NCBI GenBank assembly: GCA_964016885.1
Contig: OZ024760.1
Location: forward strand, 11,718,001 to 11,782,000
Reading direction: 5' to 3'
Origin: Eledone cirrhosa
Lineage: Eukaryota
DNA: 64,000 bases
In this document: one piece after another, positions 1 to 16,881 of the stretch
How positions within the stretch are numbered: the first letter of the stretch is position 1
Layout of the letters: each line of letters begins with the position of its first letter
The notes under the pieces: generated by a model
Databases searched by the model: none
Told to the model about the DNA's origin: nothing
The model's input: only the letters and a program-made list of their open reading frames with translations
Translations under genes and position numbers: made by a program

Positions 1-436
1 CTGGCCTGGCCCAGTAGTAACACCAGACCATCCCATACCATCCCTACCCACTGGCCTGGCCCAGTAGTAACACCACACCATCCCATACCATCCCTACCCA
101 CTGGCCTGGCCCAGTAGTAACACCAGACCATCCCATACCATCCCTACCCACTGGCCTGGCCCAGTAGTAACACCACACCATCCCATACCATCCCTACCCA
201 CTGGCCTGGCCCAGTAGTAACACCAGACCATCCCATACCATCCCTACCCACTGGCCTGGCCCAGTAGTAACACCAGACCATCCCATACCATCCCTACCCA
301 CTGGCCTGGCCCAGTAGTAACACCACACCATCCCATACCATCCCTACCCACTGGCCTGGCCCAGTAGTAACACCACACCATCCCATACCATCCCTACCCA
401 CTGGCCTGGCCCAGTAGTAACACCACACCATCCCAT
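1..436. repeat. 50-bp minisatellite, about 8.7 copies (runs off the window start)
   Basis: Unit CTGGCCTGGCCCAGTAGTAACACCA(G/C)ACCATCCCATACCATCCCTACCCA. Confidence 0.95.
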
Positions 437-907
437 CACATTATATATATATATATACATACACACATATACATGTGTGTGCGTTTGTGTATACATATAC
501 ATACACACATGCTGGAAATAATATCCAGTAAGAGTCTTGAAATAGAGACATTGTAAAAGTTCAGCTTATATTGAATAAAGTTTTCTAATATATTAAATAC
601 TCTCATGTTTTCTCTTACCTTTTCATTTATGTCAACACGTGTGTATTTTTACGCACTCATACATGGATTATTTTTACACACTCATAAATGTGTATTTTTA
701 CACACTCATACATGTGTATTTTTACACTCATACATGTGTATTTTTACACACTCACGCATGTGTATTTTTACACTCATACATGTGTATTTTTACATTCTCA
801 TACATGTGTATTTCTACATTCTCATACACGTATGACTTTTACACACTCAACTCTTCATTTAACCTTTAGCTTGCTGATTTTTTTTATGAATTGCTTTCCT
901 TGACACT

Positions 908-1230
908 ATCATCATCATCATCAGTCCCTTGATTTCTGTAGTCGTCGGAGGGGTGGGGGGTCTTACTGTAGAAGCAGCACACACTCCAAATAGTCTATCA
1001 ACAGTGGCCATCAACAAATTTGGTGTAGTCATGTATGTCCATTCTTTGAAGATTGTCCAACCAGTTTTAGCATTGGCGTCCTCTTCTTTGTCCACCTTCA
1101 ACGGTGCCTTGCATGGAGGTCTTGTACAGGCTGTCATGTCGTGTGACGTGGCCAAACCACCCCTGTTTCCTCCGCTTGACTGTGGCAAGGAAAGGCAACT
1201 GTTTCACCAACATGGTTGTAAATTATCTTT
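908..1230 (-). mobile_element. RTE-clade LINE 3' fragment (decayed)
   Basis: The minus strand reads LATVKRRKQGWFGHVTRHDSLYKTSMQGTVEGGQRRGRQC*NWLDN/KEWT, the RTE C-terminal WFGHV..R...G.R.RGR...W.D pattern, and ends in a (GAT)n tail. Confidence 0.85.
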
Positions 1231-1248
1231 AGAGTAGTTGGCTCATAT

Positions 1249-1750
1249 GGGCAGTGTTATATCATAGAACCAGGGGTACTATTAGGTATGTTTGTATTGT
1301 TAAATGACTATAGTATAGTGTAGTGTAGTGGGCAGTGTTATATCATAGAACCAGGGGTACTATTAGGTATGTTTGTATTGTTAAATAACTATAGTATAGT
1401 GTAGTGTAGTGGGCAGTGTTATATCATAGAACCAGGGGTACTATTAGGTATGTTTGTATTGTTAAATGACTATAGTATAGTGTAGTGTAGTGGGCAGTGT
1501 TATATCATAGAACCAGGGGTACTATTAGGTATGTTTGTATTGTTAAATGACTATAGTATAGTGTAGTGTAGTGGGCAGTGTTATATCATAGAACCAGGGG
1601 TACTATTAGGTATGTTTGTATTGTTAAATAACTATAGTATAGTGTAGTGGACAGTGTTATATCGTAGAACCAGGGGTACTATTACACAGGTTTGTATTGT
1701 TAAATGACTATAGTATTGTATTATATCATAGAACAAGAAGTACTATTACT
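1249..1750. repeat. 81-bp minisatellite, about 6 copies
   Basis: Unit starts GGGCAGTGTTATATCATAGAACCAGGGG at 1249, 1330, 1411 and onward. Confidence 0.95.
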
Positions 1751-2509
1751 TAGTAATTTTGATATTCCATAAGAGTATCTTGGTCATAGACTATGAACTT
1801 TTCAGCCGACCCTCGTAACATGCAGAGATAGGGGCTACCCATATTAGGTGGGGTGGGGGAGGGAGAGGTCATTCAACTAACGAATACTGCAGGGAGATTC
1901 TCAGTTCAACATGGTTACTGAGCCCACTTAGATTTCTCAAGCACCCATCTAAAATCTGCCCCCAGTTTTATGCCTTGATTAAAAAAGCTGAGAAATTTAC
2001 CAACTTGAAATATTCTGTTTTTGTTTAGACAAAACTGAAGTGGACGATTTTTAAATTAATTTGAAGTGCTTTTTTTTTGTTATTAATGTTTCATCGGATA
2101 TTTTATATATTTAGAAAGTGTTCTTTTCTCTCATTTCTCCGTATTAGGCCCTATATTTGAGATTTAAGGGGGGAATACAACGAAGGATTTGGCCCCAGGA
2201 ATCTACCAAACCGCTGCATGCCACAGCATCAACAACTAGGATTTGTAAATTTGGATGCACAAAGTGATTCATATTTTTGGGAGATGGATAAGGGAGGGAG
2301 GGTGGGTGTTCAGTTGATTGAAATGAACCGTCCTTCCCAGTACTTGGCTGTTAGTTTATTTAACTAATCCCCACACCCCTGGGCAAGGATGAAAGGCAAA
2401 TATGAACCTAATAAGCATTTAAACTAACAATGTGAAATATATTGAGATGGAACTAAATTATCATCACAGGGTCTGATTGTTTGTTGCTCTACAAATTATT
2501 ACATCCACC

Positions 2510-3295
2510 AGCACCACTGCCATCCTTCCCTACCACTACCACCACCATCATCACCACCAATACCACCTCCACCCATCCACCCACCCCATCACCACCTCCA
2601 CCCACCCCATCACCACCACCTTCACCATCATCACCACAACCACTATCACCACCACTACTACCATCACCATCACCACTGCTACCATCATCCCCACCACCAC
2701 CACAACCATCATCACCACAGCCACCACCACCACCACTATCACTACCACCATCACCTCAACCACCACCGCCACCAATACCACCACTATCACCACTACCTCC
2801 ATCACCACCATCACCACTACCACCACCATCACCACAATCACCACCACCACCACCACCACCACCACCTTCACCATCATCACCACCACCATCACCACCTTCA
2901 CCATTACCACCAACATCATTACCACCACCACCACCACCACTAATACCACCACCACCACCAATACCACCATCACCACTACCACCATCACCACTATCACCAC
3001 CACCATCACCACCACCACCACCACCACCACTATCACCAATACCACCCCACCATATTACATTATCTAACATAACAGGATATTTCGCTAATGAAGACACACA
3101 TACATACATGTATAGCAACACATATACACACATGTACAGCAACACACACACATACATGTACAGCAACACACACACACACACACACATACATGTACTGCAA
3201 CACACACATACATGTATAGCAACACATACACACATATACACACATACATGTACACACATACATGTACAGCAACACATACACATACACACACACCT
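2510..3295. repeat. Compound (CAC/CAT)n and (CA)n microsatellite
   Basis: Seen directly; source of the poly-T/P/H ORFs. Confidence 0.95.
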
Positions 3296-4387
3296 TCCTC
3301 AGAACAATAATAAAGGTAATTGGCAATGGTGGGGTGAAGTTGGGGGTGGGGACAGAGAGACTGGGAAGGTGGGGCTGGTACTAATTGCTTTGATCTGCCT
3401 TAAATTTCCTTTCCCTTCCCCTGCATACCACTTAGTTTCCTCAACCCTTGGCTTTTCAGCAAAAGGATTGGATGGTTGTATGAAGAGATGTGTGTGGGTG
3501 TGTGAAGGGGTTATTATGTCTTACCAGAGATACCCTTATTGAATTAACTCATCTACACATAGTTGTGAGTGTGTGTATCATCATCATTATTTCATTTTAC
3601 GTCCACTTTTCCCTGCTTGCAAGGGTGGGACGGGAACTGATTCTAGCTTGATTTCTACAGCTGGATGCCCTTCCTAACACCAACCTCATTTACAGTGAGT
3701 GCTGGGTGCTTTTTTTTTTTTTCGTGGCACCTCCACGTCCACTTTACAGTGAGTGCTGGGTGATTTTTGCCATGGAACCTACATGACCACTTTGCAGTGG
3801 AATGATATGGACCCCAGTCCCTATCATCTCATTTCTACAGCTGAGTAAACTGGAGAAATGTGAAATAAAGTATCTTGCTCAAGGAAACAACACATCACCC
3901 GGTCTGAGAATTGAACTCACAACCTTTCGATTGCAAGACCAATGCTCTAAGCCATGTGCCTCCATGTGTATATTTTATTATTTTATGTAATTCTGGATGT
4001 ATATATGTCAGCTTTGATGTCTTTATGGTATTTCTCCCACCTTTTTGTGCACTCGGAGTTCAAATCCTGCTGTAGTCAACTTTGCCTTTCATTCTTTCAG
4101 GGTTGATAAAAAAAAAGTACCAGTCTTGTACTGGGGTCAATTCTTCCTCTGTAGAAAAAATTGGCTGTGTTTAGACCTGGAGAGGGTTGGGGTCAACCAG
4201 GTTTAAATGTGCCCTAGACATGCTATATGACGGTGCCCTAGACATGCCATATAACAATGCCCTAGACATGCCATATGACGGTGCCCTAGACATGTCTTAT
4301 GACAGTGCCTCTACGACTCCACAAGGAGTTATGGGATCTTTATCCTATATATTATTAGTAGAGATTAAAGTTTAAGCAAATAATTTC

Positions 4388-4446
4388 TACTTTCACCCCA
4401 TACAGGATCTTCTGAATTTCAGAAGATCCTGTATGGGGTGAAAGTA
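4388..4446. repeat. 29-bp perfect palindrome next to a TA run
   Basis: TACTTTCACCCCATACAGGATCTTCTGAA-T-TTCAGAAGATCCTGTATGGGGTGAAAGTA. Confidence 0.85.
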
Positions 4447-4689
4447 TATATATACAATCCTTATCGAGCCCTCTTTGGATTTCCTTGGCAGTATCGGTAG
4501 AGGGTCGGACGCCATGCTTTCCAGCATAGTTACGTCCCTTTACGATCTGAGTTCAAATCCCGCCAAGGTTGACTTTGCCTTTCATCCTTACGGGGTCGAT
4601 AAAATAAAGTACCAGTAATGCACTGGGTATGTGCTGGCCTTGTGCTAAAAGTAGAAACAATTATTACTACTATATATATATATATAGGC

Positions 4690-5370
4690 TGTGTGTACTC
4701 TGTTTAGAATAGGTACACTGTATCCCTGGGGCATCGTAAGTAGCGCCTAACACAGCAACGAAGGTGTGACGAAAGGGGTCACTGCAGAATTAGCACAACC
4801 GCTGTTCGGCATACTTGCGCAGGGCATTCATACTGCGGTATAGGTGCAACTAAAGGGGTATTAGAAGAAGTAGCGCAGATGTGAGTTTTACGGTGTCAAT
4901 AACATGGCAACATACACAGAGCCTGGATTTAAATTTAAGGTCCTCCTCATTTCCTCAATTCCCCGAAAAGGGTCCTGCTTAAAAGTAAGTAAGTGTTGTG
5001 TCCTCTGTTAAATAAACCAAATTTTTAACGAAATATTATACATTACTTATGAAGTTTAAGTAGCGTTTATATTGAAAATGAAAAAGGCATGTAATGCCCA
5101 ATGCTAATTCGTAAATTTCCTAGAAACCATTAATGGAATCAGAAATTTTTGTCTACAGCAATGCGAGGAGACCAACTAATGTGTACTGCAAATTTCGAGG
5201 AAATCGGCTGGAATATCTTTAAGTTACACCTCAAAAGTGCCTAAAAATGCCTAAAAAAATGCGGCCTTTCACCTAATGCCCTAGGGTATTGCACTTCAAG
5301 AAATATAAGTAACGCATGTGTAAAGTTTGAAAAAAATCGGTCGGGTACTTCTCGAGTTTTAGGCATATTC
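4690..5370 (+). mobile_element. Possible Helentron/HINE-like non-autonomous element or composite
   Basis: Two AA(A/G)TTT.GA..AAATCGG..G...AGTT motifs (about 5190 and 5325) followed by a microsatellite resemble DINE/HINE 3' ends; CpG-retaining and bounded by TA runs. Confidence 0.35.
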
Positions 5371-5403
<33 letters not shown>

Positions 5404-5570
5404 AATATATATCTATATATCTAAATATATATTTATATATATAAATATATAAATATATATATATATAAATATAAATATATATATATATCTAAATATATAT
5501 ATATATATATCTAAATATATATATATATATATCTAAATATATATATATATATATATATATCTAAATATAT

Positions 5571-5607
<37 letters not shown>

Positions 5608-5659
5608 AATATATATATATAAATATATATACATATAAATATCTATCTATCTATAGCTC

Positions 5660-5722
<63 letters not shown>

Positions 5723-6934
5723 TTGAGTGTAAGAATGTATAATGTTATATATATAAAATCTATGCCATTGTTGTTCTTAAAATCTTTACATAAATTCTAT
5801 TTGGTCCTCTATTTAATTTTCCTTTGTCTTTTCTATTTTAAAATCCTATTTTAATCGATTCCAATCCCATCCAATTCATTCCTATTTAATTCCATTCCCC
5901 AGTTTTCTAAATATAAGGGAACACGTGAATGTCACTATAAAGCCCTTTAAAAAAATGCCATATGATAGGGATAAGGTAGTTGGTTTTATTGATTAAATTA
6001 TTTGTCTGTCTGAGACGAGAGGTTGGATGGCTGCTGGAATAATAATAATAATAATTGTTTCTACTTTTGGCACAAGGCCAGCAATTACCCCAGTGTATTA
6101 CTGGTACTTTATTTTATCAACCCCCGTAAGAATGAATGGCAAAGTTAACCTCGGCGGGATTTGCCGTATGATAGGGATAAGGTAGTTGGTTTTATTGATT
6201 AAATTATTTGTCTGTCTGAGACGAGAGGTTGGATGGCTGCTGGAATAATAATAATGGCAGTAATAATGGCAGTAATAATGGTAAGGCTGATATCTGGCTT
6301 CTATAAATGATGTAACAGGGAAAAGTCTCTCTTCTTTCCTCCGTATCCCTCCATCACCCCCCCATTCCTAGACAATGGACCCGTCTAAAATTCTTAGGTA
6401 ATAACGATCTGCCGGAAGTTAGGGTGTGTGTAATGGTGTGTGTGTGTGTCTGTCTGTGTGTGTGTCTGTGTGATGGTGTGTGTGTGTGTCTGTCTGTGTG
6501 TGTGATGGTGTGTGTGTGTGTGATGGTGTCTGTCTGTGTGTGTGATGGTGTGTGTGTAATGGTGTGTCTGTGTATGATGGTGTGTATGTGTGTCTGTCTA
6601 TAATGGTGTGTATCTGTCTGTGACTCTGTGAAGGTGTGTCTGTCACTTTCACCCTATCTGTGTATGTGAGTCTGTGTGTTCATGTATGTATGTCTGTCTG
6701 TATGTCTGTATTTGTGTGTGTCTATGTAGCTATGTCTGTCTGTGTCATGGTGTGTGTGTGTGTGTGTACATACATGTGTGTGTGTGTGTGTGTGTTTGTT
6801 TCTATTTATCTGTTTGTCTACAAATCAGTTTCTCTCATTCCCTTTATATCTATCTACTTATATGCCTATCTACCTACTCCTCTACCTATCTATCTTCCTC
6901 TCTCTCTCTATCTATCTATCTATCTACCTACCCC

Positions 6935-6974
<40 letters not shown>

Positions 6975-6982
6975 CCTACCCC

Positions 6983-7014
<32 letters not shown>

Positions 7015-7015
7015 C

Positions 7016-7048
<33 letters not shown>

Positions 7049-7062
7049 CATCTACCTACCCC

Positions 7063-7099
<37 letters not shown>

Positions 7100-7436
7100 A
7101 TCTATCTATCTATCTATCTATCCATCTATCTCTATATCAGCCTGTAGGTTGAGGAAAAGGAGGAGGAGAGGAAAGGAGTACAAACTCTTCGTACTCCTGG
7201 AGATGAGGGTTGCACATTTTTTCGGGGGTATGTGTTACCCAAATGTAATGTGTCCCCCTATTGGGGAAAATCGACTAACTTTTTAAATTGCATTTGTGAT
7301 AACATTTTACACGTTTTTATTGTATGTAAACTTCCCCCTTTGTATTTGTCCCCTTCTTTTGTGCCCCTCTGGCTAATAAATAAACATATCTATCCATCTA
7401 TCTATCTATCTATCTATCTACCTCTCTATCTATTTA

Positions 7437-8912
7437 CAAATCACCCGGTCTAGATGGTCTACCCTATGAGTTTTACATAGGCATGCTGGACTTGTTCTCT
7501 GGCATCCTCAAAGCCGTCTACTGCAATTGGCAGCAGAACGGCAAAATTCCCAGTTCTGCAGGCAAGGGCGTAGTAACGCTGATCAGGAAAGATGAGAACA
7601 AAGGGTACGAAATTAACACCTTCAAGCCCATAACTCTGCTCAACACAGAGTTAAAGATTTTGGCCAAGGTGTTAGCGACGAGGTTGGCGCTTGTTGTCGA
7701 GAACCTGGTAGGGAAAACGCAAACGTGTGCAATCCCGACCAGGTCCATACACGACAACCTCCACCTCATGCAATACATCATAGAGAGGGTAGGTAGTAAA
7801 CCCAGCTTCAGTGGGGCTCTGAACATGTGCTGAGGCTGCGGCATCTCCAGGTATTCCTCACCGAACCCCAACCGGTGTGGGCACCGTTTGTGAGACAGGC
7901 TTTCTCGCAGCTCGTCTCGCTGATGGACCTGCAGTCCTGAGTCAAGAAAAGACTGAAAACGATGGGTGCCTGGCACATTGAATGCACTGAGGCGCTCACA
8001 GTCCTCTGGCAAGCGGGCACAGCAATCAGTGAAGACTCCACTTTGACATTCTATAGAGAGATTGTACATTACAAGGGTGACGACGTGCTCGGAGAGACTC
8101 TGGGCATCGAAGACGATGAGCTCACCAGTCTGTTTGGTAGGACTTTCCGCCCGGGACCTATGGACAACTTCCCTGGCCTAGCAGTGCTACCGACGAGCTC
8201 TACCAGTTCGTGACAAGATCTACAGGCACAGACGCCCCGGCAGGGATCCTTCCAAGAGGACATATCCAAGACGCACGCAAGACATTGAAACCGTCCTGCA
8301 CGCAATTGTATACTGCCCGAGCGTAACAGACCTGTGGAACTACGCGGAACAACTGCTGTCACGTATAGGACAAATCCAGTTGACTGCCGAGTCCATAGTA
8401 AGGATCAAACGGCCAACTTCTTTCAAAAATGAAAGAGAGGCGGTTTTCCTCTGTATAGTGGCTATGGTGAAAGAGGTTATATGGTGGACGAGATTGAGAG
8501 GACTGAGGACAGATGCCTTTCTCTCCAGACAACAACTCATTCCCTTCTTTAGATACCACTTTAGAAGGAGAATCAGAATGGGGAGAGAAGCACTGCACCC
8601 CGGTAAATTTACTGAAAGGTGGGTGAATGTGGAACAAATGGCCCGAGTGATTGGGCCTTCTCTATATATAAACCTATGAGTTGAAGAAGAGAGCAAAAGG
8701 AGAAAGGAGCACTTGCACAACACGCTCCTGAAGTTGAGGGTTGTTCTATCTACGGGGTATTAAACAACCCATTTGTGGCGCCTCCCCCCTATTGGGGATT
8801 TCGATTGTTATAATTGTTTGTTTTATATTTTTTTACACGATTTTATGTAAAATCCCCAGCATGTCTTTGTTTTATCCCCTTTTCTTGTGCGCCCTTGTGG
8901 CAAATAAAGAAA
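7437..8912 (+). mobile_element. L1/Tx1-clade LINE, 5'-truncated and internally deleted
   Basis: KSPGLDGLPYEFY...FKPITLLNTELKILAKVLATRL...QTCAIPTRSIHDNL (RT N-terminus) jumps at about 7820, before the LD..KAFD motif, to C-terminal sequence. The 3' UTR ends AATAAAGAA followed by (TCTA)n. Confidence 0.85.
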
Positions 8913-9134
8913 TCTATCTATCTATCTAGCTAGCTCTCCCTCCCCCCACACATATATATATAATTTTCTAATCATATGAATGAAACAGTCCTAGTCCTGT
9001 AGAAGTCATTTCTATATATATATATATAATAAAGATGCCTATACTCTACCAATGTATTGAGTACCTTTGTTAACAGTGGTTATCCCCCACACCCCAACTC
9101 AACCCGGGAATCTACATATTATATATATATATAT

Positions 9135-9620
9135 TTTGATCTCCATGTGTCTAACACACGTGGACATGCCTACAAAATCAGAAAACAGCACAGCTCCCAT
9201 GACTTTCGTAGACATTTTTTCACGCTCAGAGTTGCTGAAGCATGGAACAAACTGCCTGCGTCAATTGTTAGCTGCCGAGACACTACATCCTTTAAGACAC
9301 TCATGCTTCCCGAAATACGCCAAAACTACACCTGATGTACCCCTTCCATGCACATGCACACATGTGTGTATCATGACTCGTGCACTGTTCATTTTACTGA
9401 TGTTTGTGCATTGCCCTATGTACTGTACATGCACTTTTTTGATGAGTTGTGGTGCACCTGGGCACTGTACACAATATTTCATTATTGTTATTGTTATTAT
9501 TTCATGACTCGTACACTGTTCATTTTCCTGACATTTGTACATTATTCTATGTACTATACATGCACCTTTGATGAGTTGTAGTGCACCTGAGCACTGTACA
9601 CAATAATTTCATTATTATTA
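9135..9620 (+). mobile_element. CR1-type LINE 3' end (further copies at 19860-20395 and about 49580-49730)
   Basis: TRGHAYKIRK...RRHFFTLRVAEAWNKLPASIV, the typical CR1 ORF2 terminus, then a 3' UTR and (ATT)n tail. Confidence 0.85.
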
Positions 9621-10110
9621 TTTATATCATATAGAAATAGTTTCTACAGGACTAGAACTGTTTCATTTGTTTGAAATCATACTAACCATCAAGATGTATG
9701 TTTGTGTCTGTATGACAATCTACAACATATCAAGCATGAAAGAATTCAATAATTTCTAGAATCTAGGGTATATAATATATTTATTCCCATGGGACCATCT
9801 GGGTGACATCTTATGGTTTATATAAAAGATTAGTCTATCTATCTATCTATCTGAACACCTACAAAACGTGTTCCTGGTGTTGAGGGTTGTTCTATCCACG
9901 GGGGGGGGGGGGGGGGGGGGTAAAACAACCCCACAGTAGCGTCCCCCCCCCTAATGGGGATTTCAATTGCTTTATTTTTATATAGTTTAATGATATTTAT
10001 CATTGTTAAAGATTTTATGTAAAATCCCCGCCGTCACGTCTTGTAATGTCCACAATTTGTACGCCCCTGTGGCAAATAAAGAAAGATATCTGTCTGACCA
10101 TTCATTTTTA

Positions 10111-10143
<33 letters not shown>

Positions 10144-10429
10144 GTATATATATGTATATATATACATCTATCTTTCTATCTTGTCTATCTACCTATCTAT
10201 ACATATCTATCTATATATATCTATCTACATTTTTTCGGGGTGTGTACAACCCCTGTGTAACGCCTCCCCCCCTATTGGGGATATCAATTGTTATTTGTTA
10301 TTTTATTAATAGTTTTATTTTCATATACCTGTATGTAAACTCCCCATTTGTATTTGACCCCTTCTTTTGTGCCCTTGTGGCTAATAAAGAAATTTATCTA
10401 TCTATCTATCTATCTATCTGACTATTCAT

Positions 10430-10480
<51 letters not shown>

Positions 10481-11019
10481 TATATATATATACACATATA
10501 TCTATCTATTTACCTACCTATCTATCGATTGATGTATATCTACCTATCTATATATCAATCTACCTATCTGTATATCTATCTATCTATCTATCTATCTACT
10601 TTACTACCCTTATAAATTCTCTCTCCTCGGACTCCCTCTTTCTCATGCTCTGTCCCTTTTTAGTGGGCTCTGTTCTCTCTCATCCTACCATGCACCCCTT
10701 ATCCTGAAATGGAACTGCTCCCCTTTGTGTGTGACTGTTAAACTGCAGATGTAGAGTACATTCTGACCCCAGATTTGCTAAAATACAGAAAAAAGGGGAC
10801 ATATATCTGTATGTCTTACGGTTATTCCAACACTACAACAACAATAACAACAACTTGAACTACAAGAGCCTATATAATTTATATTATATAATATATATTA
10901 TATATATTATATACACAGTCAACTGTAAGTCTTATTGTTGTTCTTCTTTCTTTTCTTTTTCTTCTTCTTCTACTTCTTCTTCTTCTTCCTGGTGTTGTTT
11001 CTTTTCAAGGTTCTTCCTA

Positions 11020-13960
<2,941 letters not shown>

Positions 13961-14330
13961 CATACAGTGAGAAAACTGCACATTCGCTCCTGTTAGGCCC
14001 ACCCCCGACCCCCCTGACCCACCCCGTGTCCCAAGATCCCATCCTCCGCCTCGCCCCTCCAGGACCCCAGCTAACACCCCCTCCCCCCCACCATTACTGA
14101 CATCAGTCATTCTTCTGGGTCACATATGTCACATGGCTTTTACGGGGAGGGGGAGGGGGTCATATGCATCATCTCCACTGTAGTATTGGGGTGTCTTATG
14201 TCATTGGTGGTGGTGGCGGTGGTGGTGGTGGCGACGGTGAGGAGGCAGCGGTTGGTGGTGGGGGGGGAGGGTCATATATATATATATATATATATATATT
14301 TCCTTTTTTCCTCCTTTTAGCTATATTATA

Positions 14331-14431
14331 CAGGGTGTCCCAAAAAATTGTATACACAATTTGATTACCTGTACAAGCAATATTTATTAGAATGCTGTTG
14401 AAGTGTGTATATATTTTTGGGGGACACACTG
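14331..14431. mobile_element. Tc1/mariner-derived MITE
   Basis: TA|CAGGGTGTCCCAAAAAATTGTATACAC ... GTGTATATATTTTTGGGGGACACACTG terminal inverted repeats. Confidence 0.7.
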
Positions 14432-14454
14432 TGTATGTGTATATATATATATTT

Positions 14455-14852
14455 ATAACGAAGGAAATGTGGTAAGGAACCAGGTGGAGCATAACGCACC
14501 TGAGTACTCAATACTTAGGGTAGTAGAGTGGGAAATAGGAAAAAGTATGACCCCGACGGCAGAGCTCAAATTTATTCTAGAAATAGCCGTCGAAACGGCT
14601 TTAGCTCTGCCGTCGGGGTCAAACATTTTCCTATATATATATATCTATATATATATATAACGAAGGAAATGTGGTTAGGAACCAGGTGGACCATAACGCA
14701 CCAAAGTACTCAATACTTAGGGTAGTAGAGTGGGTAATAGGAACGAGTAGGACCCCGACGGCTGAGCTCAAGCTGTTTCGACGGCTAATTCTGGACTGAA
14801 TTAGCCGTCGAAACGGCTTGAGCTCAGCCGTCGGGGTCCTACTCGTTCCTAT
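14455..14852. mobile_element. Two tandem copies of a (TA)n-inserted fold-back element
   Basis: Two related units of about 180-195 bp separated by TA. The second has 55-bp arms (14737-14791 / 14798-14852, one mismatch). The GAGTACTCAATAC-like motif is shared with 21793, 25751, and reversed at 17560 and 9054. Confidence 0.75.
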
Positions 14853-15149
14853 ATATATATATCAATGATATTAATAAATGGAAACTATATTTATAAAACC
14901 ATATTTATTCTATTTACCAAAGTTTTGGTACCCTTGAAATATGTATAATAAAATAAATATGGTTTTATAAATATATTTCTATTTATTAATATCATTGATA
15001 TTATATTCCAGGTAAACTGTTGAGTGCTTCGAATCTGTTATAAATATATATATTTGTTGAATTACCAACAAATTAAATATCCCTTTGCTTATATATATGT
15101 ATATATATGTATGTTTGTGTGTATGAGTGACTGCCTATTTCTATCTATC

Positions 15150-15156
15150 CCTCGGT

Positions 15157-15228
<72 letters not shown>

Positions 15229-15820
15229 ACCTTTCTATCTCTCTCAGTCTCTATCTATCTCTATGTCTCTCTCTCTTTCTCTCTATCTATCACTCTATCT
15301 ATTTCTCTCTATCTTTCTCTCTCTCTATCTCTGTCTCTATCTATCTACCCCCCCTCTCTCTCTCTCTCTCTCTCTCTACCTCTCTCTCTCCCTCTCTCTG
15401 TCTCTATCTACCCCTCTCTCTTTCTCTCTATCTATCACTCTATCTATTTCTCTCTCTCTTTTTCTCTCTCTCTCTCGCTCTCTCCCTCTCTCTGTCTCTA
15501 TCTACCCCTCTCTCTCTCTCTCTATCTATCTACCTCTCTACCTATCTGTCTCTATTCCCTGTCAGTCAAGGTCAGGTTAACCCTAAACAAGCTCCCCTTA
15601 ATACACACACATACACATACACACATACACATACACACATACACATACACATACACACACACATACATACACATACACAGAAACACACACACTCATACAC
15701 ATACACAGAAACACACACATACACATACACAGAAACACACACACACACATACACAGAGAGACACACACAAACATAGACATACACAGAGACACACACACAG
15801 ACACACACACAGAGACATAC

Positions 15821-15851
<31 letters not shown>

Positions 15852-16640
15852 CAGAGACACACACATACACATACATACACACATGCATACACACATACGT
15901 ATACACATACACACATACACACTCATACACAGAGATACACACACACACACATACACACACATGCACACACAGATACATACACACACACATACACATACAT
16001 CCACACACACACATACATATACACATACATACACTTATTATACATACATTTATATGTGTGTGTGTGTCTGTCAATATATATATGTGTGTGTGTGTGTGTT
16101 GAGATATATGTGTGTGTGTCTGTCAATATATATATGTGTGTGTGTGTGTTGAGATATATGTGTGTCTGTCAATATATATATATGTGTGTGTGTTGAGATA
16201 TATGTGTGTGTGTCTGTCAATATATATATGTGTGTGTGTGTGTCTGTTGAGATATATGTATATGTGTCTGTCAATATATATATGTGTGTGTGTTGAGATA
16301 TATGTATGAGTCTGTCAATATATATATGTGTGTGTGTGTGTCTGTTGAAATATATGTATATGTGTCTGTCAATATATATATGTGTGTGTGTGTGTCTGTT
16401 GAAATATATGTATATGTGTCTGTCAATATATATATGTGTGTGTGTGTGTGTTGAAATATATGTGTGTGTGTCTGTCAATATATATATGTGTGTGTGTGTG
16501 TTGAGATATATGTGTGTGTGTCTGTCAATATATATATATATGTGTGTGTGTGTGTCTGTTGAGATATATGTATATGTGTCTGTCAATATATATATATGTG
16601 TGTGTGTGTGTGTTGAGATATATGTGTGTGTGTCTGTCGA
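15150..16640. repeat. Compound (TC)n/(CA)n/(TG-TA)n microsatellite with higher-order units
   Basis: Seen directly. Confidence 0.95.
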
Positions 16641-16836
16641 GATATTTTCTGCATCTTGTGAAAATATCTGCCTGTACCATTGCATTTAGCTGCAGTGCTG
16701 AATAACAACCCCACTATGCACTCTCTCCATACTCGCCATTCACGATCTCCCTCTTGTTGCCCTCTATTGCATTTCTAATGTTCATGTGACTAAGCTCGGT
16801 AGAGCTTATACTCAGCACTGTATTTTTGTTTATAAA

Positions 16837-16881
16837 GCTCTGATGATTCCTGCCCAATGGTATGGATGAAACATTGTCAGT
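16837..16881 (+). ncRNA. Degenerate hammerhead ribozyme motif
   Basis: GCT-CTGATGA-T-TCCTGCC..GGTATGGA-T-GAAAC[ATT]GTC-AGT; the loop is one base shorter than the AATT of related copies. Confidence 0.5.

Noticed and set aside
2477-3542. Long Pro/Thr/His-rich ORFs (also 59241-60101, 52806-53591, 27274-27720, 28297-28740)
   Set aside because: Translations of trinucleotide microsatellites, open in several frames on both strands, with no splice or homology support.
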